The position numbers were made by a program, and so were the translations under genes. A stretch of DNA of 64,000 nucleotides from Eubacteriales bacterium (GTDB lineage Bacteria; Bacillota; Clostridia; Oscillospirales; CAG-272): the NCBI GenBank assembly GCA_045597145.1, contig JAZODU010000060.1, positions 9,562 to 73,561 on the forward strand. The letters are read 5' to 3'. The notes beneath the pieces are model-generated. The model had not been told where the DNA came from. It did no database searches and saw nothing but the letters and a program-made list of their open reading frames with translations. Positions 1 to 8,127 of this stretch are shown here, in pieces. Every line of letters starts with the position of its first letter. Position 1 is the first letter of the stretch.

Positions 1-1138
1 GATGCTTCAATTCGGAGGCGTTCTTTGCGGCAAGCTCGACCTGCCGCGCCGTGTCGCCGTCCGCCGTGCAAAGGATCGCGCAAACGCCTGCCGCTTGGAA
101 GCGGTATTCAAAGTCGTGCTCCTGCAACTGATTGGGTGCGGGAATGGCGATCGCGCCGAGCTTGTTCAGCCCCAGCATAGCAAACCAGAACTGATAGTGA
201 CGCTTGAGCACCAGCATCACGCGGTCGCCCTTTTTGATGCCGAGGGACTTGAAGTAGTTTGCGCACTGTGCCGATGCGCGCTTGATGTCCTTGAAGGTGA
301 AGCGGCGCTCGGTCTTGTCGTTTGAAACGTGGAGCATTGCGAGCTTTTCGGGCTCCTTTGCCGCCAGCTCGTCAACCAGATCGAAGGCAAAGTTGAAATG
401 CTCGGTGTTTTTGAACTTAACGGAAAGCGGCGTTCCGTTCTCGTTTTCCATCACGTCGATGTATTTCTGATAGATACGCTCCTTGGTATCCTTGACGGGA
501 ACGGCAGTTCCCTTCACGAGCTTCGCAGGGGTCAGCTCGGGGATCGGCTCGCCCGTGGGATTGAGAACGATCGCGTAAAACTCGCAATCCTGTCCGTCCA
601 CGGCGATCATTCCGTGAGGCGTGCTACTGTCGTAGTAGATGCTGTCACCCGCGTGCAGAACCTCCTTGTGAGAGCCCACCTGCACCATCAGGTGACCCGA
701 AATGACGATGTCACATTCCTGACCCGCGTGCGTGGTCAGCTCGATGTCACGGTGCTGTGCCTCCTCGTCGTACTCCGAGCGCACGTAAAGGGGCTCGGCG
801 ATACGGTTCTGGAATGCGTGCGCAAGGTTGTAATAAATCATTCCGTGCGCCTGCTCGATGCGCTGTCCCGCACCGCTACGCGTGACGGTATAGGATTTCA
901 GCGTGGGGCTGACGCCGTCGATGATATCGGTAACGTTGACGCCGAACGCCAGCGCACAACGATAGATAAACGCGAAGTTGAGGTCGCTCTGCCCGTTTTC
1001 GCAGGCAAGATACTCCTCTGCCGTCACGTCGGTCTTTGCCGCCATTTCCTCGGGGGTGTACCGCGTGATCTCGCGCAGCTCGCGGATACGCGCCGCCATC
1101 TCCCGTATCTTGAAATCCAGTCCGCTCATTTGTTTCAT
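1..1138 (-). CDS. HTH(XRE)-cupin::AMP-forming acyl-CoA synthetase fusion, N-terminal 379 codons only (3' end lies beyond the window); paralog of 1524..3791
   Basis: Absent from the supplied ORF track because no stop lies inside the window. The reverse frame is open from the ATG at 1138-1136 to the window edge. My translation MKQMSGLDFKIREMAARIRELREI...GDSIYYDSSTPHGMIAVDG...FKDIKRASAQCANYFKSLGIKKGDRVMLVLKRHYQFWFAM is colinear with the 755-aa product of 1524..3791. RBS AAAGGAGAG lies 7 nt upstream. Confidence 0.85.
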   Translation of the reverse strand, partial: MKQMSGLDFKIREMAARIRELREITRYTPEEMAAKTDVTAEEYLACENGQSDLNFAFIYRCALAFGVNVTDIIDGVSPTLKSYTVTRSGAGQRIEQAHGMIYYNLAHAFQNRIAEPLYVRSEYDEEAQHRDIELTTHAGQECDIVISGHLMVQVGSHKEVLHAGDSIYYDSSTPHGMIAVDGQDCEFYAIVLNPTGEPIPELTPAKLVKGTAVPVKDTKERIYQKYIDVMENENGTPLSVKFKNTEHFNFAFDLVDELAAKEPEKLAMLHVSNDKTERRFTFKDIKRASAQCANYFKSLGIKKGDRVMLVLKRHYQFWFAMLGLNKLGAIAIPAPNQLQEHDFEYRFQAAGVCAILCTADGDTARQVELAAKNASELKH

Positions 1139-1160
1139 CTCTGTTCTCTCCTTTCGGGAC

Positions 1161-1429
1161 GCAAAAGGCACTCGCCCCAAAGCAAAAATAACCTTGAGAC
1201 GAGTGCCTGTAACACCCGCGGTACCACTCAAATTGCGACCCTGTCGCCACTCTTGAGGTCGAACAACCTCTATGCCTTTACGCAGCAATCACGGAAGGGT
1301 TCTACTGAGGTGTCACGCACCGGTTCTTCCCTTCGGCTCGGAAACTACCGACGCAAATATCCGCCCATTGGCTTGCACCGACCGCCAACTCTCTGCAAGG
1401 TTTACGATATTTGTATCCTTTTCGTCAAC
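1161..1429 (-). promoter_or_regulatory. T-box riboswitch leader (candidate specifier GUA = Val at 1346-1348) with intrinsic terminator 1161-1208
   Basis: The minus strand shows a K-turn 5' strand GACGAAA, an AGAGAG bulge, a distal hairpin UUGGC-GGUCGGUGCAA-GCCAA and the K-turn 3' strand UUUCCGAGCC. An F-box-like UGCUGCGUAAAGG follows, then the T-box AAUUUGAGUGGUACCGCG (1217-1234). The terminator is AGGCACUCG...CGAGUGCCU plus UUUUG. The specifier call is a by-eye alignment. Confidence 0.85.
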
Positions 1430-1450
1430 GCCTTTATAATAGTATGTGTT

Positions 1451-1479
1451 ATTTTATCACATCTTTTTGGGTTTGTCAA
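1451..1479 (-). promoter_or_regulatory. sigma-A type promoter for T-box leader 1
   Basis: Minus strand TTGACA (1479-1474), a 17-nt spacer, then TAAAAT (1456-1451). Confidence 0.6.
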
Positions 1480-1523
1480 TACTTTTTTCGATTTTTTTAC
1501 GCAAAATCAACAGCACATCGCGA

Positions 1524-3791
1524 TCAAAGCTTGTTTCTCTGGATCTTACCGCTGATGGTCTTGGGAAGCTCGTCGCGGAATACGACCACACGAGGATATT
1601 TGTAGGGTGCGGTGTGCTCCTTGACGTAGTTCTGGATCTCCTTCTTCAGCTCCTCCGTAGGCTCGGTTCCCTTGGTCAGAACGATCGATGCCTTGACGAT
1701 CTGACCTCTGACCTCGTCGGGCATTGCGGACACGCCGCACTCCAGAACATAAGGCAGCTCCATGATGACGCTTTCGATCTCGAAGGGACCGATGCGGTAG
1801 CCCGAGGATTTGATGACGTCGTCCACGCGACCGACGTACCAGTAGAAACCGTCCTCATCGCGCCATGCAGTATCTCCCGTGTGGTACATACCGTCATGCC
1901 ATACCTCGGCAGTCTTTTCCGAATTGCGATAGTAGCCCGCGAAGAGCCCGCAAGGTACTTTTTTATCGGTGTGAACGACGATCTCTCCCACCTCACCGTC
2001 GGCAACGGGATTGCCGTCGGGATCGACGATGTCAACGTCGTACAACGGCACGGGCTTACCCATCGAGCCCAGCTTATGCGTTCCGCCGATGAGGTTTGCG
2101 ATGGTCAAGGTCAGCTCGGTCTGTCCAAAGCCCTCCATGATCTGCAAGCCCGTCGCCTTTTCAAACTGACGGTAGACCTCGGGGTTGAGTGCCTCGCCCG
2201 CGGTGGTCATATGGCGGATCGAGGAAAGATCGTACTTGGAGATATCCTCCTTGATCATCATGCGCAGCATCGTGGGAGGGGCGCAGAAGGTGCTGATGTT
2301 GTATTTGGCGAACATGGGGAGAATGTCCGCTGCGGAGAAGCGGTCGAAATCGTAGGTAAAGACCGCGCCCTCGCAGAGCCACTGTCCGTAGAGCTTGCCC
2401 CAGAGTGCCTTACCCCAACCGGTTTCGGAGATGGTAAAGTGGAGGCTTCCCTCGCTGACGCCGTGCCAGTATTTGGCGGTGATGTAGTGACCGAGGGGAT
2501 ATTTATAGGTGTGCGCCGCGATCTTGGGATATCCCGTAGTGCCCGACGTGAAGAACATCAGCATCGGGTCGTCGCCGCACGGCGTTTCCTCGGTGCGGTA
2601 GAAATGCGTGCTGTAAAGCACGAACTCCTCGTCGAAATCTCTCCAGCCGTCGCGCTTGCCGCCCACAAGAATCTTGGTGGTCAGGGTCTGGCACTTTTCC
2701 TGCGCCAGCTCTACCTGATGCGCCACGTCGCCGTCGGCGGTACAGATGATCGCGCTGACGCCTGCCGCATCAAAGCGGTACTCAAAATCATGCGCCTGGA
2801 GCTGGTTGGTTGCGGGGATCGCCACCGCTCCCAGCTTGTGAAGTCCGACCATGGCAAACCAGAACTGGTAGTGACGTTTGAGCACCAGCATAACGCGGTC
2901 GCCCTTTTTGATACCGAGCGCCTTGAAGTAGTTTGCACACTGCGCAGATGCCTTTTTCATATCCTTGAAGCTGAAGCGACGCTCGACCTTGTCCTTGGAG
3001 ATATGGAGCATTGCCAGCTTGTCGGGATCCTTCTTTGCGATCGCATCGACCACGTCAAAGCCGAAGTTGAACTTGTCGTCGCCGTGGAAATCGATCGCCT
3101 GCAAGAAGCCGTTTTCGTCCTCGGCGGTGGAAATGAAGTGATCGCAAACCAACTCACGGTTGACGTTTCGCGTCGGGATCAGCGTGTCGCGGATCACGGT
3201 TTCCTTTTCGTTCTCACCCGGCAGAACGACTGCCACGAACAGGCAGTCCACGCCGTCAACGGCGACCATACCGTGCGGAGTGCTACTGTTGTAATAGATG
3301 CTGTCACCCTCGCCGAGATACTCGATGTTGTCACCGATCTGCACCTTGAGTCTGCCCTTCATGACGAAGTCGAACTCCTGCCCGGAGTGCTTGGTCAGGT
3401 GAATGGGCTTGTTCTGGAGTGCAGGGTTGTATTCGTAGCGAACCCAGTAAGGCTCTGCGATCTTTTTGCGGAACATGGGGGCTAAGTTGGAAATTTCAAT
3501 GCCGTCCTCCTTAGCGGTCTGCTGTCCCTGACCGCGGCGGGTCACGGTGTAGGACGACAGGTGTGCGCTGCGTCCCTCAAGCAGATCCGTAATACCGATA
3601 CCGAACGCAAGAGAGCACTTGTGAATGAACGTGAACGGAAAATCCAGCTCGCCCTTCTCGTACTGGCGGTATGCCTCAACGCTTACCTCCGTCTTCTCTG
3701 CCATCGTTTCTTCGGTATAGTCGAAGATCTCGCGCATCTCTCGAATTCGCAAAGCGACCTCTTTCAGCTTTTCTGATTCGATGATTGCCAT
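1524..3791 (-). CDS. HTH(XRE)-cupin::AMP-forming (medium-chain type) acyl-CoA synthetase fusion protein, 755 aa
   Basis: The N-terminus has an XRE-like HTH (EVALRIREMREIFDYTEETMAEKTEVSVEAYRQYEKGE) and a cupin (KHSGQEFDFVMKGRLKVQIG..GDSIYYNSSTPHGMVAV). ANL-superfamily motifs follow: FFTSGTTGYPK, EGFGQTE, YHTGD..DGFYWYVGRVDDVIKSSGYRIGPFEIE and PKTISGKIQR. RBS GGAGGG is upstream. Confidence 0.9.
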   Translation of the reverse strand: MAIIESEKLKEVALRIREMREIFDYTEETMAEKTEVSVEAYRQYEKGELDFPFTFIHKCSLAFGIGITDLLEGRSAHLSSYTVTRRGQGQQTAKEDGIEISNLAPMFRKKIAEPYWVRYEYNPALQNKPIHLTKHSGQEFDFVMKGRLKVQIGDNIEYLGEGDSIYYNSSTPHGMVAVDGVDCLFVAVVLPGENEKETVIRDTLIPTRNVNRELVCDHFISTAEDENGFLQAIDFHGDDKFNFGFDVVDAIAKKDPDKLAMLHISKDKVERRFSFKDMKKASAQCANYFKALGIKKGDRVMLVLKRHYQFWFAMVGLHKLGAVAIPATNQLQAHDFEYRFDAAGVSAIICTADGDVAHQVELAQEKCQTLTTKILVGGKRDGWRDFDEEFVLYSTHFYRTEETPCGDDPMLMFFTSGTTGYPKIAAHTYKYPLGHYITAKYWHGVSEGSLHFTISETGWGKALWGKLYGQWLCEGAVFTYDFDRFSAADILPMFAKYNISTFCAPPTMLRMMIKEDISKYDLSSIRHMTTAGEALNPEVYRQFEKATGLQIMEGFGQTELTLTIANLIGGTHKLGSMGKPVPLYDVDIVDPDGNPVADGEVGEIVVHTDKKVPCGLFAGYYRNSEKTAEVWHDGMYHTGDTAWRDEDGFYWYVGRVDDVIKSSGYRIGPFEIESVIMELPYVLECGVSAMPDEVRGQIVKASIVLTKGTEPTEELKKEIQNYVKEHTAPYKYPRVVVFRDELPKTISGKIQRNKL

Positions 3792-3808
3792 TGTTGTTCC
3801 CTCCTTGG

Positions 3809-4075
3809 AAAAAAAATAAATAAACCCGTCTCAAAGATTTTTCTTTGAGACGGGTGTAAAACACTCGCGGTACCACTCAAATTGCGATGCTATCATCGCC
3901 ACTCTCGGAATCCGACAATTCCTATGCCTTTACGCAGCAATCACGGAAGCGCTCTACTCGGTTGCCCTTTGGAGCCTTCGGCTCGGAAGTGATGGGTGCT
4001 TGAACGCTTGCACTGTCGGTTCACACCAATCCCGACTCTCTGTAAGTGCGCCTGCTCGACCTTCTTCGTCACAGC
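3809..4075 (-). promoter_or_regulatory. T-box riboswitch leader (candidate specifier AUC = Ile at 3991-3993) with intrinsic terminator 3809-3857
   Basis: The minus strand shows K-turn GACGAAG, an AGAGAG bulge, a distal hairpin UCGG-GAUUGGUGUGAA-CCGA and CUUCCGAGCC. UGCUGCGUAAAGG follows, then the T-box AAUUUGAGUGGUACCGCG (3866-3883). The terminator is CCCGUCUCAAAG...CUUUGAGACGGG plus a long U tract. Confidence 0.85.
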
Positions 4076-4096
4076 CTTTTTTATGAACTTGCGCCT

Positions 4097-4125
4097 ATTA
4101 TAGCACGCAAAAAAGTATTTGTCAA
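4097..4125 (-). promoter_or_regulatory. sigma-A type promoter for T-box leader 2
   Basis: Minus strand TTGACA (4125-4120), a 17-nt spacer, then TATAAT (4102-4097). Confidence 0.7.
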
Positions 4126-4153
4126 GAGCTTTTTAAAAAATTTATGTTTTTGT

Positions 4154-4181
4154 GGGGGAACTTCTTGCAAGAAGTTCCCCC
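4154..4181. repeat. solo copy of the GGGGGAAC-TTCTT..AAGAA-GTTCCCCC palindrome family
   Basis: gggggaacttcttgcaagaagttccccc is a perfect 12-bp inverted repeat. The same unit recurs at 48874, with variants at 18528, 18948, 34371, 49273, 59859 and 60081. Confidence 0.8.
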
Positions 4182-4204
4182 TCCTCTCCGAGGTCTATCT
4201 CCCA

Positions 4205-4936
4205 TCAATCACAATTTTCCCAGTTGTGATAAACGTCCATGACGTCGTCGTCTTCTTCGAGCTTTTCGATCAGAAGATTCATGAACTTGATATCATCCTC
4301 GTTGTCAAGAGTAACGTAATTCGACGCCTGCTTGGTCTTTTCTGCCGAGAGGATCTCGTAGCCCGCGTTCTTCAGATCCTCCTGGATGCCGTAAACGTCG
4401 TCTGGCTCAGTGGTAATAACGAACACGTCGCCCTCTGCCTTGAAGTCGGCAGCACCCGCTTCAAGTGCCTGCTCCATCAGCTTGTCCTCGTCCACGTCGC
4501 CGTCCTCGTTGTTGATCACGATCTCGCCAACGTCGGTAAAGAGGTAGCCCACGCAACCGGTCTGACCCATGTTGCCGTGGTATTTGGAGAAATAGGAGCG
4601 CACGTTCCCTGCGGTACGGTTGCGGTTGTCGGTGGTGGCGGTCACGATGACGGCAACGCCTGCGGGGCCGTAGCCCTCGTAAGCGACCTCCTCGTAGGTT
4701 TCGCTCGTCGCGCCCATTGCCTTTTTGATGCAACGCTCGATGTTATCGTTGGGCACGTTGTTCGCCTTTGCCTTCTGGATCAGGTCGCGCAGCTTGGAGT
4801 TGGAAACGGGATCGCCGCCGCCCTCCTTGACCGCTACGGTGATCTCCTTACCGATCTTGGTAAAGATCTTACCTCTTGCGGCATCGGTCTTTTCCTTCTT
4901 ATGCTTGATATTCGCCCATTTGCTATGTCCGGACAT
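4205..4936 (-). CDS. yebC: YebC/PmpR family DNA-binding transcriptional regulator
   Basis: 243 aa beginning MSGHSKWANIKHKKEKTDAARGKIFTKIGKEI, the signature family N-terminus. RBS AAGGGAG. Confidence 0.95.
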   Translation of the reverse strand: MSGHSKWANIKHKKEKTDAARGKIFTKIGKEITVAVKEGGGDPVSNSKLRDLIQKAKANNVPNDNIERCIKKAMGATSETYEEVAYEGYGPAGVAVIVTATTDNRNRTAGNVRSYFSKYHGNMGQTGCVGYLFTDVGEIVINNEDGDVDEDKLMEQALEAGAADFKAEGDVFVITTEPDDVYGIQEDLKNAGYEILSAEKTKQASNYVTLDNEDDIKFMNLLIEKLEEDDDVMDVYHNWENCD

Positions 4937-4949
4937 GATTTATACTCCC

Positions 4950-5621
4950 TTATTCTTCGTTTTCATCATTTTTATTTTGTTGATTTGCGGCTACGGTATG
5001 ATTAGCATATGTATTCCATGTAGGTTCATAATCATCGCTCGCTTGATTCCCCCACATATCCCAACCTTCACGATTTCCTCTTGCAAACAATTCCAAATAG
5101 GGACCGGAAGAACAATTTTCGATCAGTGGAATAAACTCATCGGGTTTTCTTGAATGCTCACGCTTCATGGCGCGAACCAAATTCACCTGCGATCTGCCGG
5201 CATCCAAGGTTCGATTTTTATCTCCCTTAATTCCAAACAACAGAATTTCAGTTACATTCCTAAAGTAGAAACCAACACCTCGACCGTCAGGCATACCGTC
5301 TTTTCTGACTTTTTCCCATATAATATTGGTTTTATACTCAAATCCCCATGCTTTCATTACCGCCAATCCTTCCGGCAATAACGCATTGGGCACCCATAAA
5401 TACAAATGTGCTTTTTCGGCTGCAACACTTGATATAGGCAATTGCATAATATCTTCAAGTTTCATTGTGCCGTAACGATTCAATCGTTTATGCTCCGGAG
5501 CAACTTTGCCTGTTCGATTTTGAAATTGCCAAGGTGGATCTGCATATATTGTTTTATATTTTTTCCCTTCGGTATATCTTTGGAAATCCTCTATTGTCAG
5601 TTCCAACATCGTTTTTTCCAT
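4950..5621 (-). CDS. MT-A70 family DNA N6-adenine methyltransferase (type II R-M, M subunit)
   Basis: Contains YADPPWQFQNR (the DPPW catalytic motif). The start is placed at MEKTMLELT (5621), directly after the nuclease stop at 5624. The longer track ORF (to 5723) would overlap the nuclease by 100 nt. AT-rich coding sequence. Confidence 0.85.
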   Translation of the reverse strand: MEKTMLELTIEDFQRYTEGKKYKTIYADPPWQFQNRTGKVAPEHKRLNRYGTMKLEDIMQLPISSVAAEKAHLYLWVPNALLPEGLAVMKAWGFEYKTNIIWEKVRKDGMPDGRGVGFYFRNVTEILLFGIKGDKNRTLDAGRSQVNLVRAMKREHSRKPDEFIPLIENCSSGPYLELFARGNREGWDMWGNQASDDYEPTWNTYANHTVAANQQNKNDENEE

Positions 5622-5623
5622 CC

Positions 5624-6295
5624 TCAATACCCCTCTACACAAGATTTGCGAATACCGATTGCCAAAATAGGACAGCCACCATTCCGACGAGATTTTAAAC
5701 GATATTCCAATTTCCCCATCCAAGTAGTACTTGCACCATATTTGGGCATTAACGGTTTTCCGCTATTATCTGTGATTTCTTTAAAAATATCATTCAATTC
5801 CTTCGATCTTGTAACAATAATTCCAACCTCAATCAAACCACAATCAAAATACGTTCGCATTGCCAATAAATCACGGTCAAAGGTCTGATCCTTGCTATTC
5901 CACTCTAAATCAAAAGCAACTTTGTCTTTGATAAAATCGATATTATGACCGTCAATATATCCATCGATTATTTTTTCATCAGACGGTTGATCTGCGAAAT
6001 ATCCTCTTTTAGTGCCTCTTCTCGGATATAATTTAACCAACAAATCGCCCGTAATCCTAATTTCTCGCCACCCTAACGGATACAAAACATCGTCAAATTT
6101 TTTAGGAATTGCGGTTTCATTTCCACCAGCAGCTTTTAAATCATCAACAGAAATTGACAACTGCTCTAAACAATCTTGCAGTTCATTCCACTCTACAGGA
6201 AAAGCTTCATTCAAAATTTCCAAAGCATGACCATAATTTTGAAACTCAAATTTATCCAGTAATTGCGGGCGAATATACTGTGCGATATCATTCAT
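5624..6295 (-). CDS. BglII/BamHI-fold type II restriction endonuclease
   Basis: The N-terminus NYGHALEILNEAFPVEWNELQDCL resembles BglII YNHADEILNPQLWKEIEETL. The catalytic block NIDFIKDKVAFDLEWNSKD resembles BglII DIDFGKRDTLVEVQFSN and the BamHI EVEF block. BglII and BamHI sequences are recalled from memory. ATG at 6295; an alternative TTG lies at 6313. Confidence 0.75.
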   Translation of the reverse strand: MNDIAQYIRPQLLDKFEFQNYGHALEILNEAFPVEWNELQDCLEQLSISVDDLKAAGGNETAIPKKFDDVLYPLGWREIRITGDLLVKLYPRRGTKRGYFADQPSDEKIIDGYIDGHNIDFIKDKVAFDLEWNSKDQTFDRDLLAMRTYFDCGLIEVGIIVTRSKELNDIFKEITDNSGKPLMPKYGASTTWMGKLEYRLKSRRNGGCPILAIGIRKSCVEGY

Positions 6296-6319
6296 AAAGC
6301 AACACTCTACCAAGACAAA

Positions 6320-8053
6320 TCAGACCTTTTCAGCCTTTTTCAGGCAGATGAGGTCAAATGCGTTTCCAAGCACGGTCTTGGCTGCCGCCGTGAGCTTCAG
6401 GCGTGACGCGCGCACCTCGGGGTCGGTTGCCGAGAGGATCGGACAGTTGTGATAGAAGCGGTTAAACGCCGCCGCAACGTCCAGAATGAAGCGCGTGATA
6501 TAGCTGGGCTCGTAGTCCGCGATCGCAGCGCAAACGCGCTCACCGAAGCGGCACAGGGTCTTGACCAGCGTAGCCTCCTCCTCGGTGGTGATCTTCACGG
6601 GAGCATCCGCAACCTCTCCCGCACGCGAGAGCACGGAGCAAGCGCGCGCGTAGGTGTACTGCACGTAGGGGCCCGTGTTTCCGTCGAAGCTGAGTGCCTC
6701 CTCCATGACGAAGTTGATATCCTTCATGCGGTTGTTGGTGAGGTAGTAGAACACGATCGCGCCCACGCCGATCGCCTCTGCGACCTCTTCCTTGTTTTCA
6801 AGGTTGGGGTTCTTCTCCTCCATGATGCCCGCGACCTTTTCGATCGCCAGAGCAAACAGATCCTTGAGAAGCACCACGTTACCCGTGCGCGTTGCAAGCT
6901 TTTCGCCGTTGAGCGAAACGGTGCCGTAAGGCACGTGAACAAGCTCGTCATACCACGGATATCCCATCATCTCCACGACCTTGAACCACTGCGCAAAGTG
7001 CAGGCACTGCTGAGCACCGGTGACGTAGATTGCCTTGTCGAACTTGTATTCTTCCTTGCGGTAGACTGCCGCTGCGATGTCACGCGTGGGATAGAGGGTC
7101 GAGCCGTCGCGCTTGAGGATCAGGCAGGGCGGCATATTGTACTCGGACAGATCCACGATAGACGCGCCGTCGTCGATCTTGAGAAGCTCCATATCGCGCA
7201 GCTTCTGCACCTGCGCGGGCATTTTGTCGGTATAAAAGCTCTCGCCCTTGTAGGAATCAAAGGTAATTCCCAGCTGCCGATAGGTCTTGTTATACTCATC
7301 AAGGCTGATGGAAACGAACCATTTCCAAAGCTCGAGATTCTCCTCATCACCCGTTTCCAGCTTGTGGAACTCGGCGCGCGATGCGTCAGCCAGCTCCCGG
7401 TCGGCGGGGATCCCGTTTTCGGGGTCGCCCTTAATGGCGTTGTTGATGCGGACGTAAAGCTCGACCAGCTTATCGATGCCGCCCTCCTCGACCGCCTCGC
7501 GGCTTCCCCACTTGCGGTACGCCACGATGAGCTTACCGAATTGCGTGCCCCAGTCGCCAAGGTAATTGATACCGTAGCATTGGTAGCCCGCAAACTCGTG
7601 CAGCTTGCGCAGTGCGTGACCGATCACGGTCGTACCGAGATGCCCGATATGGAAGGGCTTTGCGACGTTGGGGGAAGAATAATCCAGAACGACCATTTTG
7701 CCCTCTCCAAAGGTCTGCGCACCGTAGCGGTCACCCTTTTCCAGAATTTCGGGAACGATCTGCTCACCGAGATATGCGTTGGAAAGCGTAATATTCAGAT
7801 ATCCGTTGACCGCCTCTGCGCGCTCGATGCAATCGTCGTTCAGCTTTTCAGCCAAGGCAAGGGCGATCTGCACCGGAGAACGGCGCAGGAGCTTGCTCAG
7901 GCGAAAGCATGGGAACGCGAGGTCACCCATATTGGAGTCGGGGGGATATTCCAGCATAGCGGCTACGTCGTTTGCATTCAGCTGTGCGTCTGCCGACACG
8001 GCAAGCACGCTTTCCACGATCCGCTCTGCGATCCTTTTCTTGATGTTCTGCAT
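6320..8053 (-). CDS. argS: arginine--tRNA ligase
   Basis: The class I HIGH motif appears as PFHIGHLG. The overall ArgRS layout is present, and the start is at MQNIKKRIAERIV. Confidence 0.95.
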   Translation of the reverse strand: MQNIKKRIAERIVESVLAVSADAQLNANDVAAMLEYPPDSNMGDLAFPCFRLSKLLRRSPVQIALALAEKLNDDCIERAEAVNGYLNITLSNAYLGEQIVPEILEKGDRYGAQTFGEGKMVVLDYSSPNVAKPFHIGHLGTTVIGHALRKLHEFAGYQCYGINYLGDWGTQFGKLIVAYRKWGSREAVEEGGIDKLVELYVRINNAIKGDPENGIPADRELADASRAEFHKLETGDEENLELWKWFVSISLDEYNKTYRQLGITFDSYKGESFYTDKMPAQVQKLRDMELLKIDDGASIVDLSEYNMPPCLILKRDGSTLYPTRDIAAAVYRKEEYKFDKAIYVTGAQQCLHFAQWFKVVEMMGYPWYDELVHVPYGTVSLNGEKLATRTGNVVLLKDLFALAIEKVAGIMEEKNPNLENKEEVAEAIGVGAIVFYYLTNNRMKDINFVMEEALSFDGNTGPYVQYTYARACSVLSRAGEVADAPVKITTEEEATLVKTLCRFGERVCAAIADYEPSYITRFILDVAAAFNRFYHNCPILSATDPEVRASRLKLTAAAKTVLGNAFDLICLKKAEKV

Positions 8054-8085
8054 ATAAAAACCTCTCAATGATAATTCACTAAAAT

Positions 8086-8114
8086 ATTATACTATATCCG
8101 TCTTTGGATTTCAA
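8086..8114 (-). promoter_or_regulatory. sigma-A type promoter for argS (and probably the downstream R-M/yebC genes)
   Basis: Minus strand TTGAAA (8114-8109), a 17-nt spacer, then TATAAT (8091-8086). There is no T-box in the 74-bp leader. Confidence 0.65.
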
Positions 8115-8127
8115 GTCTAAAAATACA

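Noticed and set aside
329-3485. Long plus-strand ORFs (329..1555 at 408 aa and 1446..3485 at 679 aa) overlapping the acyl-CoA synthetase genes
   Set aside because: They lie antisense to ORFs with clear ANL-family motifs. Their products are Arg/Gly/Val/His-rich low-complexity sequences with no motifs or RBS. These are typical shadow frames of a high-GC genome.
4950-5723. 100-nt overlap between the methylase and nuclease ORFs as drawn in the track
   Set aside because: The internal start at MEKTML (5621) removes the overlap and places the ATG 2 nt after the nuclease stop. The extra 34 residues have no MT-A70 counterpart.
8054-8127. Expected T-box or other leader upstream of argS
   Set aside because: The intergenic space is only 74 bp and contains just a promoter and RBS. 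No T-box motif is present.
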